A stretch of 63,819 nucleotides of DNA, counting the filler, from Pelomyxa schiedti (taxonomy: Eukaryota; Protista; Evosea), in NCBI GenBank assembly GCA_020536535.1. It is 7 parts of 7 records of this genome, joined end to end, with 100 filler letters (N's around TTAATTAATTAA, not from the genome) between each part and the next. Parts side by side here need not be neighbours in the genome. Positions count along the whole stretch, not along the records: positions 1 to 6,765 come from JAHLWZ010000657.1; positions 6,866 to 11,127 come from JAHLWZ010001614.1; positions 11,228 to 34,998 come from JAHLWZ010000372.1; 4 more parts are not named here. One strand, given 5' to 3'. The position numbers and the translations under genes were made by a program. Below, in pieces: positions 1 through 11,400 of the stretch (its first letter is position 1; every line of letters starts with the position of its first letter). The notes beneath the pieces are model-generated. The model was not told the DNA's origin. It saw nothing but the letters and a program-made list of their open reading frames with translations, and searched no databases.

Positions 1-88
1 AACAACAACAAAGAGAAAAACAACAGGGGAGAAAGCCAAACTCAAAAGGAGAAGAAACAGAGCTCTCCCCAAGAAGGGGAGCGAGACA

Positions 89-1469
89 TTGAAGAGGGAA
101 GGGCACTTGATTGGGAGGCTTGTGTGGGACCTCGTCCGGGCAACCCAGAGGGTCCTCATCGCGCGTGTCGTCGGGGAGGTGGTTGGCCACGAATCGATGT
201 GTGATGTAACCCTGAGAATTTCATTGTCACCCCTTTTGATGAGTGTCATCGGCGACGTTGTGGAGATGGTTGATAATGATGGGAGGCCAGTGGCGTCTGA
301 TTTTTGGATTGATGACACAAGGTTCCTGGAGGACAGGTGGGGGCCAAAGGCCAGTGAGTGGTGGATGATGAAATACAAGGCAGCTGATGGTGGTGGGTGG
401 TCAGAGGAAATTGTGGGAGACAAACCTTTTTACTGCAGGCCTGCAACCAATCAACGGTGGATTGTGCAGTGTGGCAGAGTTTATGGTGATAGACAAAGGA
501 TTATTGCCATTTACAGTCTCAGTGGCAATGGATCCACATCGAGATTGAAGCCCACTATGGTGCCTTTGGGTGGCCACCTTTGGTTTATGAACAAAGGTGG
601 TGATACAACCGTGCTCCTCAAGTTCACGCAATCAAGGCAAGATGAGCTGCTCTTGTTCATGGACCAGGAAGACGCCGGGTTTGTTATGTTCATGATGATC
701 GACGTGGATCAGACATACTCAACAGGCACACTCTCTGTTCTGAGCACAACACTTCTCTTCCCGAGGCCTCAACTCACAGTGCTGTCAGTTGAGGTGCTTC
801 TGAAAAAGGGAGGTGCCTCTCGCACTTTCATTGCCACAGGCTTCCCAGACGGTCTGATGACCTACCTTGGTTCCATTGCAGTTGAGGAGTTCAGTGGAGT
901 GACACACCAACTTCGTTACAACACCTACTGTGACCGCCTCACTGACTCCCTGTTGTTCATGGGAGACAGTTTGGAAGCCTACGAGGTACCCTCCATCTGG
1001 GACTGCAACAACCCAACCGAGAAGCCACAGGTGCGTAACCNNNNNNNNNNNNNNNNNNNNNNNNNNNNNNNNNNNNNNNNNNNNNNNNNNNNNNNNNNNN
1101 NNNNNNNNNNNNNNNNNNNNNNNNNNNNNNNNNNNNNNNNAACACCTACTGTGACCGCCTCACTGACTCCCTGTTGTTCATGGGAGACAGTTTGGAAGCC
1201 TACGAGGTACCCTCCATCTGGGACTGCAACAACCCAACCGAGAAGCCACAGGTGCGTAACCCCTGTTCAGAGCCAAGCCAAAACCTGAGCCAAAGACGCG
1301 CTTCTTTCTTACGCTCGGGTACAGTAAAGAGCAGCCAACACGATCGATCATGACATCATCGGGGTTCATTCTTCAATGCAACCGCCACAAGCCCCAATTG
1401 AGAGTGATGGAAGCTGCCTCTGGATTTGTTGTGCTCACTTTGAAGTTTCCCCTCTGGCTGAAACCTCGC
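89..1469 (+). CDS. Lineage-specific expanded-family protein, copy 1 (5'-partial, split by a gap, 1-nt frameshift near 1262)
   Basis: Near-identical to the 1470-2873 copy (DFWIDDTRFLE, PSIWDCNNPTEKP, LRVMEAASGFV). After the gap, CCCTG versus CGCCTG in copy 2 shifts the frame. Confidence 0.6.
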
Positions 1470-2873
1470 GCCGCCGTCGCGTCGCGCTGCGTTTGTCCGC
1501 GTCGAGCAGACACAACAGCAATTACTAAAATAACTGCAACAAAGGGAGGAAAGAAAGCCAAACTCAAAAGGAGAAGAAACAGAACCAAGAAGGAACCAAC
1601 AACAACCACAGCAACTCCTACCGCACCAAAAATCATTTCCACGGGGAAGGGGAGTGAGACACTGAAGAGGGCAGGGCACTTGATCGGGAGGCTATTGTGG
1701 GACCTCGTCAGGGCAACCCAGAGGGTTTTCATCGTGCGCGTTGTTGGGGAGGTGGTTGGCGGCGAATCACGGCGTTACGTAACCCTGAGAATGTCACTGT
1801 CGCCCCTTTTGATGAGTGTCATCGGCGACGTTGTGGAGATGGTTGATAATGATGGGAGGGCTCTCGTGTCTGATTTTTGGATTGATGACACAAGGTTCCT
1901 GGAGCACAGGTGGGGGGGCCCAGACGCCAGTGAGTGGTGGATGAAATACAAGGCAGCTGATGGTGGTGGGTGGTCAGAGGAAATTGTGGGAGAGGAGCGT
2001 GGCTTCTTTTGCTATTGCAGGCCTGAAGCCAATCGCAAGTGGATTGTGCAGTGTGGCATAGCTCGTGGTGGTGAGCAAGCGATTATCGCCATTCACCATC
2101 TCAGTGGCCATGATTACACATCGAGATTGAAGCCAACTGCGGTGCCACTGGGTGGCCACCACCTTTTGGTAATGATGGGTCTCCTCAAGTTCACGCAATC
2201 AAGGCAAGATGAGCTGCTCTTGTTCATGGACCAGGAAGACAAGGGCTTTCTGTTTGTGATGATTGACGTGGATCAGACATACTCAACAGGCACACTCTCT
2301 GTTCTGAGCACAACACTTCTCTTCCCGAGGCCTCAGCTCTCAGTGCTGTCAGTTGAGGTGCTTCTGAAAAAGGGAGGTGCCTCTCGCACTTTCATTGCAA
2401 CAGGCTTCCCAATTCTAAAGGATCCCACTGCTCCAAGGCCTGAGCCTTGGCTCGATGTTAGTTCCATTGCAGTTGAGGAGTTCAGTGGAGTGACACACCA
2501 GCTTCGTTACAACACCCACTGTGACCGCCTCACTGACTCCCTGTTGTTCATGGCAGGCAACGCTGAAGCCTACGAGATACCCTCCATCTGGGACTGCAAC
2601 AACCCAACTGAGAAGCCACAGGTGCGTAACCGCCTGTTCAGAGCCAAGCCAAAACAGGAGCCAACCAAGTACTTCAGGCTTTCTTTCAGGTACAGTAACA
2701 ACGACGAGGATCCAACACGATCGATCATGGCATCATCGGGGTTCATTCTTCAATGCAACCGCCACAAGCCTCAATTGAGAGTGATGGAAGCTGCCTCTGG
2801 ATTTGTCTTGCTCACTGTGAAGTTTCCCCTCTGGCTGAAACCTCGCCTCAGTGTCCCACTTTTTGTAAGTTGA
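1470..2873 (+). CDS. Lineage-specific expanded-family protein, copy 2 (intronless, beta-rich, function unknown)
   Basis: Long ORF ending VMEAASGFVLLTVKFPLWLKPRLSVPLFVS-TGA. The same C-terminal motif (LIEAASGFVVLSL) occurs in 35986-37314. Confidence 0.65.
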   Translation, partial: AAVASRCVCPRRADTTAITKITATKGGKKAKLKRRRNRTKKEPTTTTATPTAPKIISTGKGSETLKRAGHLIGRLLWDLVRATQRVFIVRVVGEVVGGESRRYVTLRMSLSPLLMSVIGDVVEMVDNDGRALVSDFWIDDTRFLEHRWGGPDASEWWMKYKAADGGGWSEEIVGEERGFFCYCRPEANRKWIVQCGIARGGEQAIIAIHHLSGHDYTSRLKPTAVPLGGHHLLVMMGLLKFTQSRQDELLLFMDQEDKGFLFVMIDVDQTYSTGTLSVLSTTLLFPRPQLSVLSVEVLLKKGGASRTFIATGFPILKDPTAPRPEPWLDVSSIAVEEFSGVTHQLRYNTHCDRLTDSLLFMAGNAEAYEIPSIWDCNNPTEKPQVRNRLFRAKPKQEPTKYFRLSFRYSNNDEDPTRSIMASSGFILQCNRHKPQLRVMEAASGFVLLTVKFPLWLKPRLSVPLFVS

Positions 2874-3208
2874 ACCAGTGACACTTACAAGCACTTTAAC
2901 TTCAAAGGGTCATGCACCACAAAGCAATGGGATGTTGCTGTGGAGGCCAAGTTCTGTTGTTCTTTCTGCGCTTTTTTCCTTCCCCAAAAAACAGCACACG
3001 ATGCTTGAACGAGAATGATGGAGGACCGGTACGATTCAACACCCGCGCTCCTATCAAATTGGCGCCATCGCTTCGTAGTCGGGGGCAACAACGAAAATAG
3101 CAACAAAGGGGGGATCACCCACTGTGACCGTAAGGTGATGCAGAGGCCAATAACTAATAATAATAATAAATTTTTGGTGGGTGAAAAGTGCGTGGGTAAT
3201 CGATTCTT

Positions 3209-4725
3209 TTAAACTCTGTCAGGTTTTTTCTTGAGGAAACCAGCAAGAGTATCATAATTGTAGCCTTTGTTGGAAGCCCACTTGTAGTATGAGGCAGCAG
3301 TTCTGATGTCTTTCTGAACACCATGGCCATTCAGGTAACAGCGTGCAAGTGCGAACATGGCATTGGGAATTCCATCCTCTGAGGCCTTCATGAAAAGTGG
3401 CACCGCCTGCTTCATGTCTCTTTCAACACCATCTCCATGCTCAAAACACACTCCAAGGTTGAACATTGCCAGGGTGTCACCACAGCTGGCAGCCCTCCTG
3501 TAAAGTGACACAGCACGAGTGATATCCTTGGGAACCCCTTTTCCATTGTGGTAACGCACCCCAAGGCTGCGCATTGCTCTGGCGTTTCCAATGGCAGCAG
3601 CCATCTTGTAAAGGGACACAGCCTGAGAAGAGTCCTGGTCAACACCACCAGTGCCCTGGCTGTAACGTGCAGCAAGTAAAAACATTGCACTGGAGTCACC
3701 AGAATCAGCAGCCATCCTGAGAAGTGAGAGTGCATGGTTGATGTCCTTTTCAACACCATGGCCCTTGTCGTAACACAAGCTGAGTTGGAACATTGCTGAG
3801 GAATTACCGGCATCAGCAGCCTTCCTGAAAAACATCGCAGCCTGGTTCATGTCCTTCTCAACACCGTTCCCATTTGTGTAGCAGGCACCAAGGTTGAACA
3901 GTGCCTTTGCGTTTCCAGACTCAGCAGCACGCCTGTAATGTGACAGACCCTGATGTTTACTTGTAGGCACCCCATAGCCATAGTAGTAACAGAATCCAAG
4001 GCCATTTTCAGCCATGGCATTTCTGGCATCTGCTGCACTTTGGAGGAGGGATACTGCTCTGTTGAAGTCCCTGTCCAAATCAGTTCCAGCCATGTAACAG
4101 AGACCAATGAATGCAAGTGAGGAAGATGCCAGGAATTGTGCTTCCACAGAGGAACCAATGTGGTTCTGACAATAAGTTGACAATTCCAACCAAAGAGGTT
4201 CACATGAGGTGTTGGATAAGGAAGAAGTTTTCTTGAAGTTGAACGTGGTCCACAAAGCAATGTACAGTTTGTGTGCCCAGGTTTGTTGACGAGTTACTGG
4301 GCACTCATCATAAAATTGCCTCATTATATTTTCAGGGATGCTCTCAAAGTAGTCTCTCAGTTGCAACGTTGAATAGGACAGAGCCTTCGAAAATGAGCTT
4401 TTCAGATTGGCAGGAATTCGCCTGTGCAACGCAGCATGGTCATTGGTCAGCAGAGTCAAGCCATACAGAAACACCAGACCAGGCAGGTAGCAAACCTCCT
4501 CATCATTTACACCTTGTTGTTTTACTTGTGGTTGCATATATAAATATTGAAATTGAACATGAACATGAACAAAGATGAAACCGAACCAACAGTTGGACTG
4601 TGGAAGTGTTTTGAAGCATCTGACACGTGACGAATCGCGTCATCGACGTTGCCCTGCCCCAACATTGAAATCCCTTTCTTCATCATTTCGCACCGATTTT
4701 GTTTCGGCGTCGTTACGGGGTCCAT
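3209..4725 (-). CDS. Sel1-like repeat (SLR) protein, 2 exons (intron 4513-4586)
   Basis: Multiple 36-aa repeats of type A-x-F-N-L-G-x-C-Y-x-x-G-x-G-V-x-K-D. A phase-1 GT..AG intron joins MDPVTT...HSPTV to GVNDEEVCYLPG in frame. Confidence 0.9.
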
Positions 4726-4807
4726 CCCGCTCGGATCCTGTCTTTTTCCTTTTTGATGGATTCTGTTTTCCGCATCGTTGAAATGTAACGACGAGACTTA
4801 TTATTTT

Positions 4808-6454
4808 TCAATTCCACGCATGCCACCCCAACCCTTTCAGTAAAGTGCTAAGTCTGTCAAGGGCATCTGGGTAATTTTTGTATGCAGCCAACTTGTAGAA
4901 TGACACAGCTGTCCTGGTGTCCTTCTGAACACCGCGACCATGGCGATAACACTCTCCAAGGGTGAACATTGCACCGGCCAGTCCTGCATTTGCAGCGATA
5001 AAGTAAAGTGACACTGCCTGTGTCATGTCCCTTTCAACACCATCACCATTATCATAACACGCACCAAGGCTGAAAAATGCCGCAGGAAGTCCAGCATCAG
5101 CAGCCCTCCTGTAAAGTGACAATGCACGGGTCATGTCCTTTCTCACACCCTCACCATTGTGGTAACACCATCCAAGGTTGAGAATGGCACTCTCATTGCC
5201 ACTGGCAGCAGCCCTCCTGTAAAGTGACACTTCCTTCTTGAGATCCCTGTCAACTCCCTTCTGGCCATTGCCGTAACGACAACCAAGGTTGAACTGTGCA
5301 GTGGAATCTCCAGCCTCAGCAGCCCTCATGAGAAGGTGCAGTGCCTTGTTGGTGTCCTTTTCAACACCACGGCCGTTGTCATAACACAAACTGAGTTGGA
5401 GCATCGCTGCGGCATTTCCAGCATCAGCAGCCTTCCTGCAGAGCATTGCAGCCTGGTTCAGGTCTTTGTCAACACCAGTCCCATTTATCAAGCTGACACC
5501 AAGGTTGAACATTGCCTTTGCGTTTCCAGACTCAGCAGCACGCCTGTAATGTGACACAGCCTGATGTGAATCCTTGTCGATGCCAGAGCCACATTCGTAA
5601 CACACTCCAAGGGCATTTTCAGCCATGGAATTCCCGGCATCCACAGCTCTTTTCAGGAGGGACACTGCCCTGTTGGGGTCTTTGACCAAACCACAAATTC
5701 CAGCCTTGCAACAGACACCAAGAAGTACCAGTGAGGATGATGACAATAGTTGCGGAACTCGTTCAGATCCACTGCCAATCTCACTGCTCCGCGTTGACAG
5801 TTCCAACCAAAGAGGCTCACATGATGAAGTTTTCTTGGAGGAGGTGAACGTGGTCCACACAGCAACATACAATTTGTGTGCCCACCAGCCTGGTTCACCG
5901 ACACTTCGAGTGCATTCCTGTTCCTCTCTTGCAAAAATGTCACTCCACTCTTCTGAATACCTCGCCATGCTGATGTTTTCTGAGACGCTCTGGCAGTAGT
6001 TTCTCATTTCCAACGGGGAATAAGAGAGGGCCCTTGAAAATGAATTTGAGAGATTGGCAGGAATGCGCGTGTGCAGTGCGGCATGGTCGTTGGTGAGAAT
6101 GGTCAAGCTGTAGACAAATACTAAACCAGGCAGGTAACACAACTCCACGTCGACGTCTGTTGTTTCTTATTTGTGGTGAATGAATGACACAAACTGAAAA
6201 AGTAATTTTACAAAGCAGTAAACATGACTGAATACACAGAAAAAATGTGAAGTGAAGGCGTCAACTACCGCAACAACGAATACTAACGAACCAAGAGCAC
6301 CAATGTTGGACCAGCAACAACTTTCAAAGTACTTGTACGCCTTTGACACCTCGAGAATCGCATCATCGACTTTTCCCTTCCCCAACAATGAAATCGCAGT
6401 CATCATCATCCTGCACCGCGGGTGTTGTGTCTCTGTCCTCATCATCCAGGACAT
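4808..6454 (-). CDS. Sel1-like repeat protein, tandem paralogue, 2 exons (intron 6157-6300)
   Basis: Same SLR repeats and same N-terminal exon (LLGKGKVDDAI vs MLGQGNVDDAI). Intron at the homologous position and phase. Confidence 0.9.
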
Positions 6455-6569
6455 TTCATAGAAACATCGTAGAAAATCTTTTGATTGAGTTGGTTTTAGG
6501 TGCGGAGGAGCGTTGGTGCACCACCAGCACAGTTCAAAGGTTGAACGATTGGCTGAATAATCAACGGAC

Positions 6570-6606
6570 GAACGCTCTCACGTTTTCGTTATCGTCGCTC
6601 GGGATC
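6570..6606. promoter_or_regulatory. Conserved ~36-bp upstream motif, copy 1
   Basis: GAACGCTCTCACGTTTTCGTTATCGTCGCTCGGGATC, nearly identical to 37362-37396 on another contig. Confidence 0.45.
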
Positions 6607-6765
6607 AGCTGGAATTTTTTTATTCCCCCGAAACTAAATTGGACTTGCTTCTATTTTATTGCTTCTTGAGAACAACACGAGCAGCAGCTGAGAAGACATC
6701 ACCCAGACCTGTAATTTGTTAGGGGTGAATGTGTGATTGTGAATGTGAAAGCAACCTTGTTGATT

Positions 6766-6865
6766 NNNNNNNNNNNNNNNNNNNNNNNNNNNNNNNNNNN
6801 NNNNNNNNNTTAATTAATTAANNNNNNNNNNNNNNNNNNNNNNNNNNNNNNNNNNNNNNNNNNNN
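6766..6865. other. Artificial contig linker (44N-TTAATTAATTAA-44N). Also at 11128-11227, 34999-35098, 37871-37970, 41152-41251 and 46206-46305.
   Basis: Identical 12-mer with stops in all six frames, centred in N runs, seen six times. Confidence 0.97.
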
Positions 6866-7945
6866 GCATATCAAACCAAGGTGACATCCGTGCAAAAGAG
6901 GGAGTTATCACCGTGACACCGCTGATTAGATATTTGCTCATAAATGATTCCGCGAGTTCATTAGGATAAGGCGTTTGGCTCCACATTAGTGTTTGGATGC
7001 TATTCATCATTGCTTGGTATCCAGAATCGCCGGGTTGCAGAGGGTCAGTTGTGAAGCTACTCATTCCCAAGTTGCACTCTGAAGAGTTCTCATAATATAC
7101 TGGGTAAACACCCAACAGCGATCCAAATGCAAAACAGCTCGGGCTTGATTTGGAAACATTGACATACATCTCCTGAAAGAGAAGTTTAGTCGTCAAGGAG
7201 TTTTCAAACCTTTAATTAATACTATTTGCAATGCCACTATTTTTTTATCGGATCCCAACACACACAACATACGCTGAGAACAGCATCCGAGTACATTTCC
7301 AGTAACAGGCGATATCCATCAAGCCTCTCGCCAACTTGGTGCGCCGCGTCCGTGGCTGTTCCATTCAACGTAGACCTCGTTCTCTGAACTGGTAGAACGA
7401 CGGAGGATTAGGAGGATTATTGATGGTTGTTAATTGGCAGATTGAGAGTTTTTGAGGAACTGAAACAAACGACGAAGGAACGAGAAACGACGAAAAAAAA
7501 AAAAAACACCACACAGGGCACCAATTGCCAATCAAAAAGACAACAAAGTACCTAGGGAGTCGTACATTGCGGAGGTGTTCAAGGGCACGACGCACACCGC
7601 AGCGACGATCACGCACGCGCACAGGGCGAACGCCACCATCGTCACTACCTCGTACCACTTCCACGTCCCATAACTCCCGCCTCCTCCCCCCTTCCCTGCC
7701 TCCGAGGTTTGTTTGCGCGCCGCGGGGGGCGATGGTGACGAGCAGTCGGGGGAGCCTGCCAGCTGAGGATAATTGTGGGACGTCGTGGGGCTGTTGGGGC
7801 TGCTGTATTTGGCCCACGACGCTTGTTTGATGGTGGTTGTGTCACAGGTGTGGGTTGTTACTGTCCTGGGCGACGTTCCCGACGTGGGCGAGGAGCTGTT
7901 ATGACCAAAAAGGTGTTTCTTTAGAAGAATGGAGCTATGTTGCAC
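6866..7945 (-). CDS. Multi-exon single-pass membrane protein, 3'-truncated by contig end; start uncertain
   Basis: Hydrophobic helix VVTMVAFALCACVIVAAVCVVPL, followed by GT..AG-bounded exons (QRTRSTLNG..., FENSLTTKLLFQEMY...). Confidence 0.45.
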
Positions 7946-8118
7946 ACTTACTTGATCCGGAAGTGTGTGAGATCTTAGACGAAAATGGGTTTGGCTTTTC
8001 TCTGTGTTGCAACACGACTGCAGGTCAGGGACGGCCTCCGTGTCATCTTAATTAATCCAGAAAAAGCTCCCTCTATGTGGCGGTGTTGGTGATGGTGAAG
8101 TTCATTTGAAGAAGGCCA

Positions 8119-10438
8119 ATGATGATCCGAGGGGGTCGGGCATTGATGGCGCGTCGGACACGGAGGTGTTTGAATGGAAGTGGTGACGTCATCACAGTTG
8201 TAGGGTTGTGCAGGGGAGTGATGTCCACTGATTTCACCGAGGCGAGGGCCGCCCTCGTGCAACTCAGAAATCGAATTTCTGGAGGTTTTTTTTCGTGTGA
8301 ACGGGAGTGCCATTCATATCATCAAATCCAACAGATACTCCACCAATTGAAGAGGTGCTGGAAAGTGGATGTGTCCCAAGGGTCATTCAATTCTTGTCAT
8401 ATGTACCTTTCCCCCCCTTTTCTTGTTTGTGAAAATGGCTTTTTCTAGAGTGACAACACCAACTTGCAGTATGATGCTCTGTGGGTTCTCACCAATTGTA
8501 AGTCTGTCATTTGTTATTTAGCATCTTTCTTACTCCACCGTCTATATGTTGTGATTCATAAGTGGTCAGTGGAACTGAGCCGGGCCCAACAGATAAAGTT
8601 GTTCTATTTGGGGTACTGCCTCAGCTCGTTTCCCTTCTTTCCTCCCCAAGTTCTCTTGTCTGTGAGCAGGTTCCTTTCTCCTCTGTTAGGTTTCTTTTCT
8701 TTATTTTGCTCCTTTTTTGGCAAATGGGCAGGCGGCATGGACACTTGCAAACATTGAAGGCACTAGCGTTGCTCATCGCGATGAAATATTGGAGCTTGGA
8801 TTCGTTCCTGCAATTATCAAAGCAATGCAAACATTCCCGAACGACATTTCACTATTGAGAAATGCAGTGAGTACCACCATGACTCTTCCTTTTCGAAAAT
8901 GACCGCTTGACATTTTGATTTCTAAAAAACAATCACTGACCAGATTTGGGCATTCCACAATGGATGCCGATGGACACCTCCACCATCGGACAGATACTTC
9001 ATCCCAAGTACACTGTCAAATGTTCCTTCAATTTCCACTTATTGTTGTGCAGCACCAACCTGTGACATCTTTCCAACTCTTGCAGCTCTTTTCGCGGTTT
9101 CAGATCAGGAAATTACAACTGAGCTCACTTGGTAGTGCCTACCAATCCAATACCTTTTTTTGTTTATTAATCAATAAGGTCCCTCTGTTTATTAACTGAT
9201 ATTGATGGCTTTTCCGAACATGTTATTGCAGGTGGGATGTGTGCCCACCTTGTGAGAGCTCTCGAAGTTGTTTTCTTTCCGTTTTTCGTTTTCCCTCATT
9301 TCTTTTTAAACAAAACAAAAATTCAAGTGTGCGGATGTCACGACTCTTATTACAACACTTCGTGCAGTGGGAAATATTGCCACTGGGAGGTTTTTCCAAA
9401 TTCACACATTTTTACAGTCACACTGATCACAATCAAAGCAACACAGAAACACAGGTTTGAAAACAAACTTGCCAACCAACAAGCCAACATTATTGCCAGG
9501 CAGTGATTGATGCCGGAGTTCTGCCCAGAATATTGCCCTTGTGCCGTTCCCTCATCATAATCCCTTCTTACTAACTCATTTATGCAGATTGAACAGTCCT
9601 AAAAAGAGTGTGAGGAAGGAGACTTGTTGGCTTGTGAGTGTTCAACTTTTATTGAAAAACTCAACAATACACTGACATCCACTGAAAGCTCTCCAACATT
9701 GCCGCTGGAACCAGGTATGTATATTATGCATAAGCCGTGACACCATTTTCGTGCTGATCCCCACCACTCTCACACCTTCACACTGACCAGCACTAACAAT
9801 GATGTTACTTCAAAAAGGGAACAAGTCCGCCTCATTGCTGTGGAGCGTGGTATATTCGAGCGAATTATTGAACTGTTGTTGGATTCAAGCGAAGCAATGG
9901 ATGTCAGAGAAGAAGCTGCGTTTGTTGTTTGCAATGCCGCAGCCAAGGGATCAGATGATGTCACCAAGTTAGTTATCCCATGTTCTTGGCCTCTCATATG
10001 AAAATAGTGTGCTGTTCAATAAAGGCGCTCTGCGTGCAATTGTTGATCTGCTTGGGTGCCTTGGCCGAGATGATGACAAAATCCTTCTCATGAGACATGT
10101 TCTTGGGGTTAGTACTGTTTGATAGTTCTATATATGTACCTATTACACAAGATTTTGAGAAACACACCAAGATGACATCCCTAAAGGCCATTGAAACCGC
10201 AATGCTGGTTGGAACAGGAAGCTCCGGCAACCATTTCAAGCCGATACTCATCGAACTGGGGGCCATACCTATACTGGAGAAGATACGAGGGAACACCTGC
10301 AGCAACAACGTGGAGTCGTCGACACAGAAGCTCATTTCGATGCTCACTGAGGATGACCCCAGCAGTGGTGCTAATGACAAACAAAAACCGATAAGTAGCA
10401 ACAACAACCAGCAGAATGACTCAATGGACACAGAGTGA
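8119..10438 (+). CDS. Importin subunit alpha-like (armadillo repeats), many introns
   Basis: Spliced exons give PPIEEVLESGCVPRVIQFL, LQYDALWVLTN, VSLLSSPSSLVCEQ|AAWTLANI, TLRAVGNIATG, SVRKETCWL|LSNIAAGT and DVREEAAFVVCNA, typical of karyopherin-alpha ARM repeats. Confidence 0.85.
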
Positions 10439-10543
10439 GGTTGTCTCTGTGGTGATTGATTGTTTCGTTGCGCCTCAAAATCAAATTACTTACCGCAGAT
10501 ACATCAATATCCTCAAACCAAAGTACTTTTCGGCAAGTTACTT

Positions 10544-11127
10544 GATGAGCACGGCAGGGGGCTACGAGGCCGCCAGGGGCGAGAGCCCCGCGTGCAAATG
10601 TGACAACGCACTTGCAACCAACGGGGCCGAGTGCGCGTCGTACGCCGACGGCGCAAACTCGGAGGAGGTGGAGGTCACCAGCGCCCGTACGACGCCGTAC
10701 GACAACGACGGCGAAGGAGGAGGGGGAGGGAGGGGGCCTGCCAATGCCCCCACGCCCACGCCGTCTTCCTCCTCAGAGTACCAGTATCAGTACCAGTACC
10801 AGCCACCGCCGACCCCGGACGCCCTCTCCCTCTCGCTGTCGTCGTCGTCTGCGTCGTCGACTCTGAACTGGGGACTGGAGTACGTTGGGGACGGGGGCGG
10901 GGACGGGGACGGGGACGGCGGCGGGGAGAGAGACGCTTATGGGATACGCGTGGCGGGGAGGACGTGCTGGACGACGACGAGGGAGGCCGAGGAGAGGGCC
11001 GCCGGCTGGAATTTTGCGATGAGGGCGTATGTGTCGATCAACGCAGTTATGGGTGTGCGGTACGACGACCTCAAATCAAAGCCAATGAGAACTTCTGTGT
11101 GTGTGTATCCTATCGTTCGATTTCCTC
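10544..11127 (+). CDS. Hypothetical protein, GC-rich first exon, 3'-truncated
   Basis: ATG-initiated GC-rich ORF MSTAGGYEAARG..., low complexity, runs to the contig end. Confidence 0.4.
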
Positions 11128-11227
11128 NNNNNNNNNNNNNNNNNNNNNNNNNNNNNNNNNNNNNNNNNNNNTTAATTAATTAANNNNNNNNNNNNNNNNN
11201 NNNNNNNNNNNNNNNNNNNNNNNNNNN

Positions 11228-11285
11228 CCGGTTAGAGCACCAGAGTCTAAAGCTGGAAACCTGGGTTCAAGTCCCAGCTGTAGGA
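11228..11285 (+). tRNA. 3' part of the CUA-anticodon tRNA, second copy (truncated by contig start)
   Basis: Identical to 22976-23033, followed by a T-run. Confidence 0.75.
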
Positions 11286-11400
11286 TATTTTTTTTTGTTA
11301 GTGCTGCTAAGGCGTCGTGATTCTAGGAATAAAAAAAAAGATAACGTGGGTAAAAAACGTGTGCATAATAAATTGTTTTGAAACAACCTGGTCAATGCCC

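Noticed and set aside
919-1261. Direct repeat either side of the gap (also 49569-49680 vs 51120-51230, and pol segments around 60900-61953)
   Set aside because: Most simply explained as overlapping contig ends, haplotypes or collapsed copies scaffolded with 100 N.
6810-6821. TTAATTAATTAA recurring six times, and ORFs ending in 'LIN'
   Set aside because: Artificial contig linker; adjacency across it has no biological meaning.
7295-7400. Apparent in-frame TGA suggesting selenocysteine or Trp recoding
   Set aside because: Another frame of the same exon is fully open (QRTRSTLNG...).
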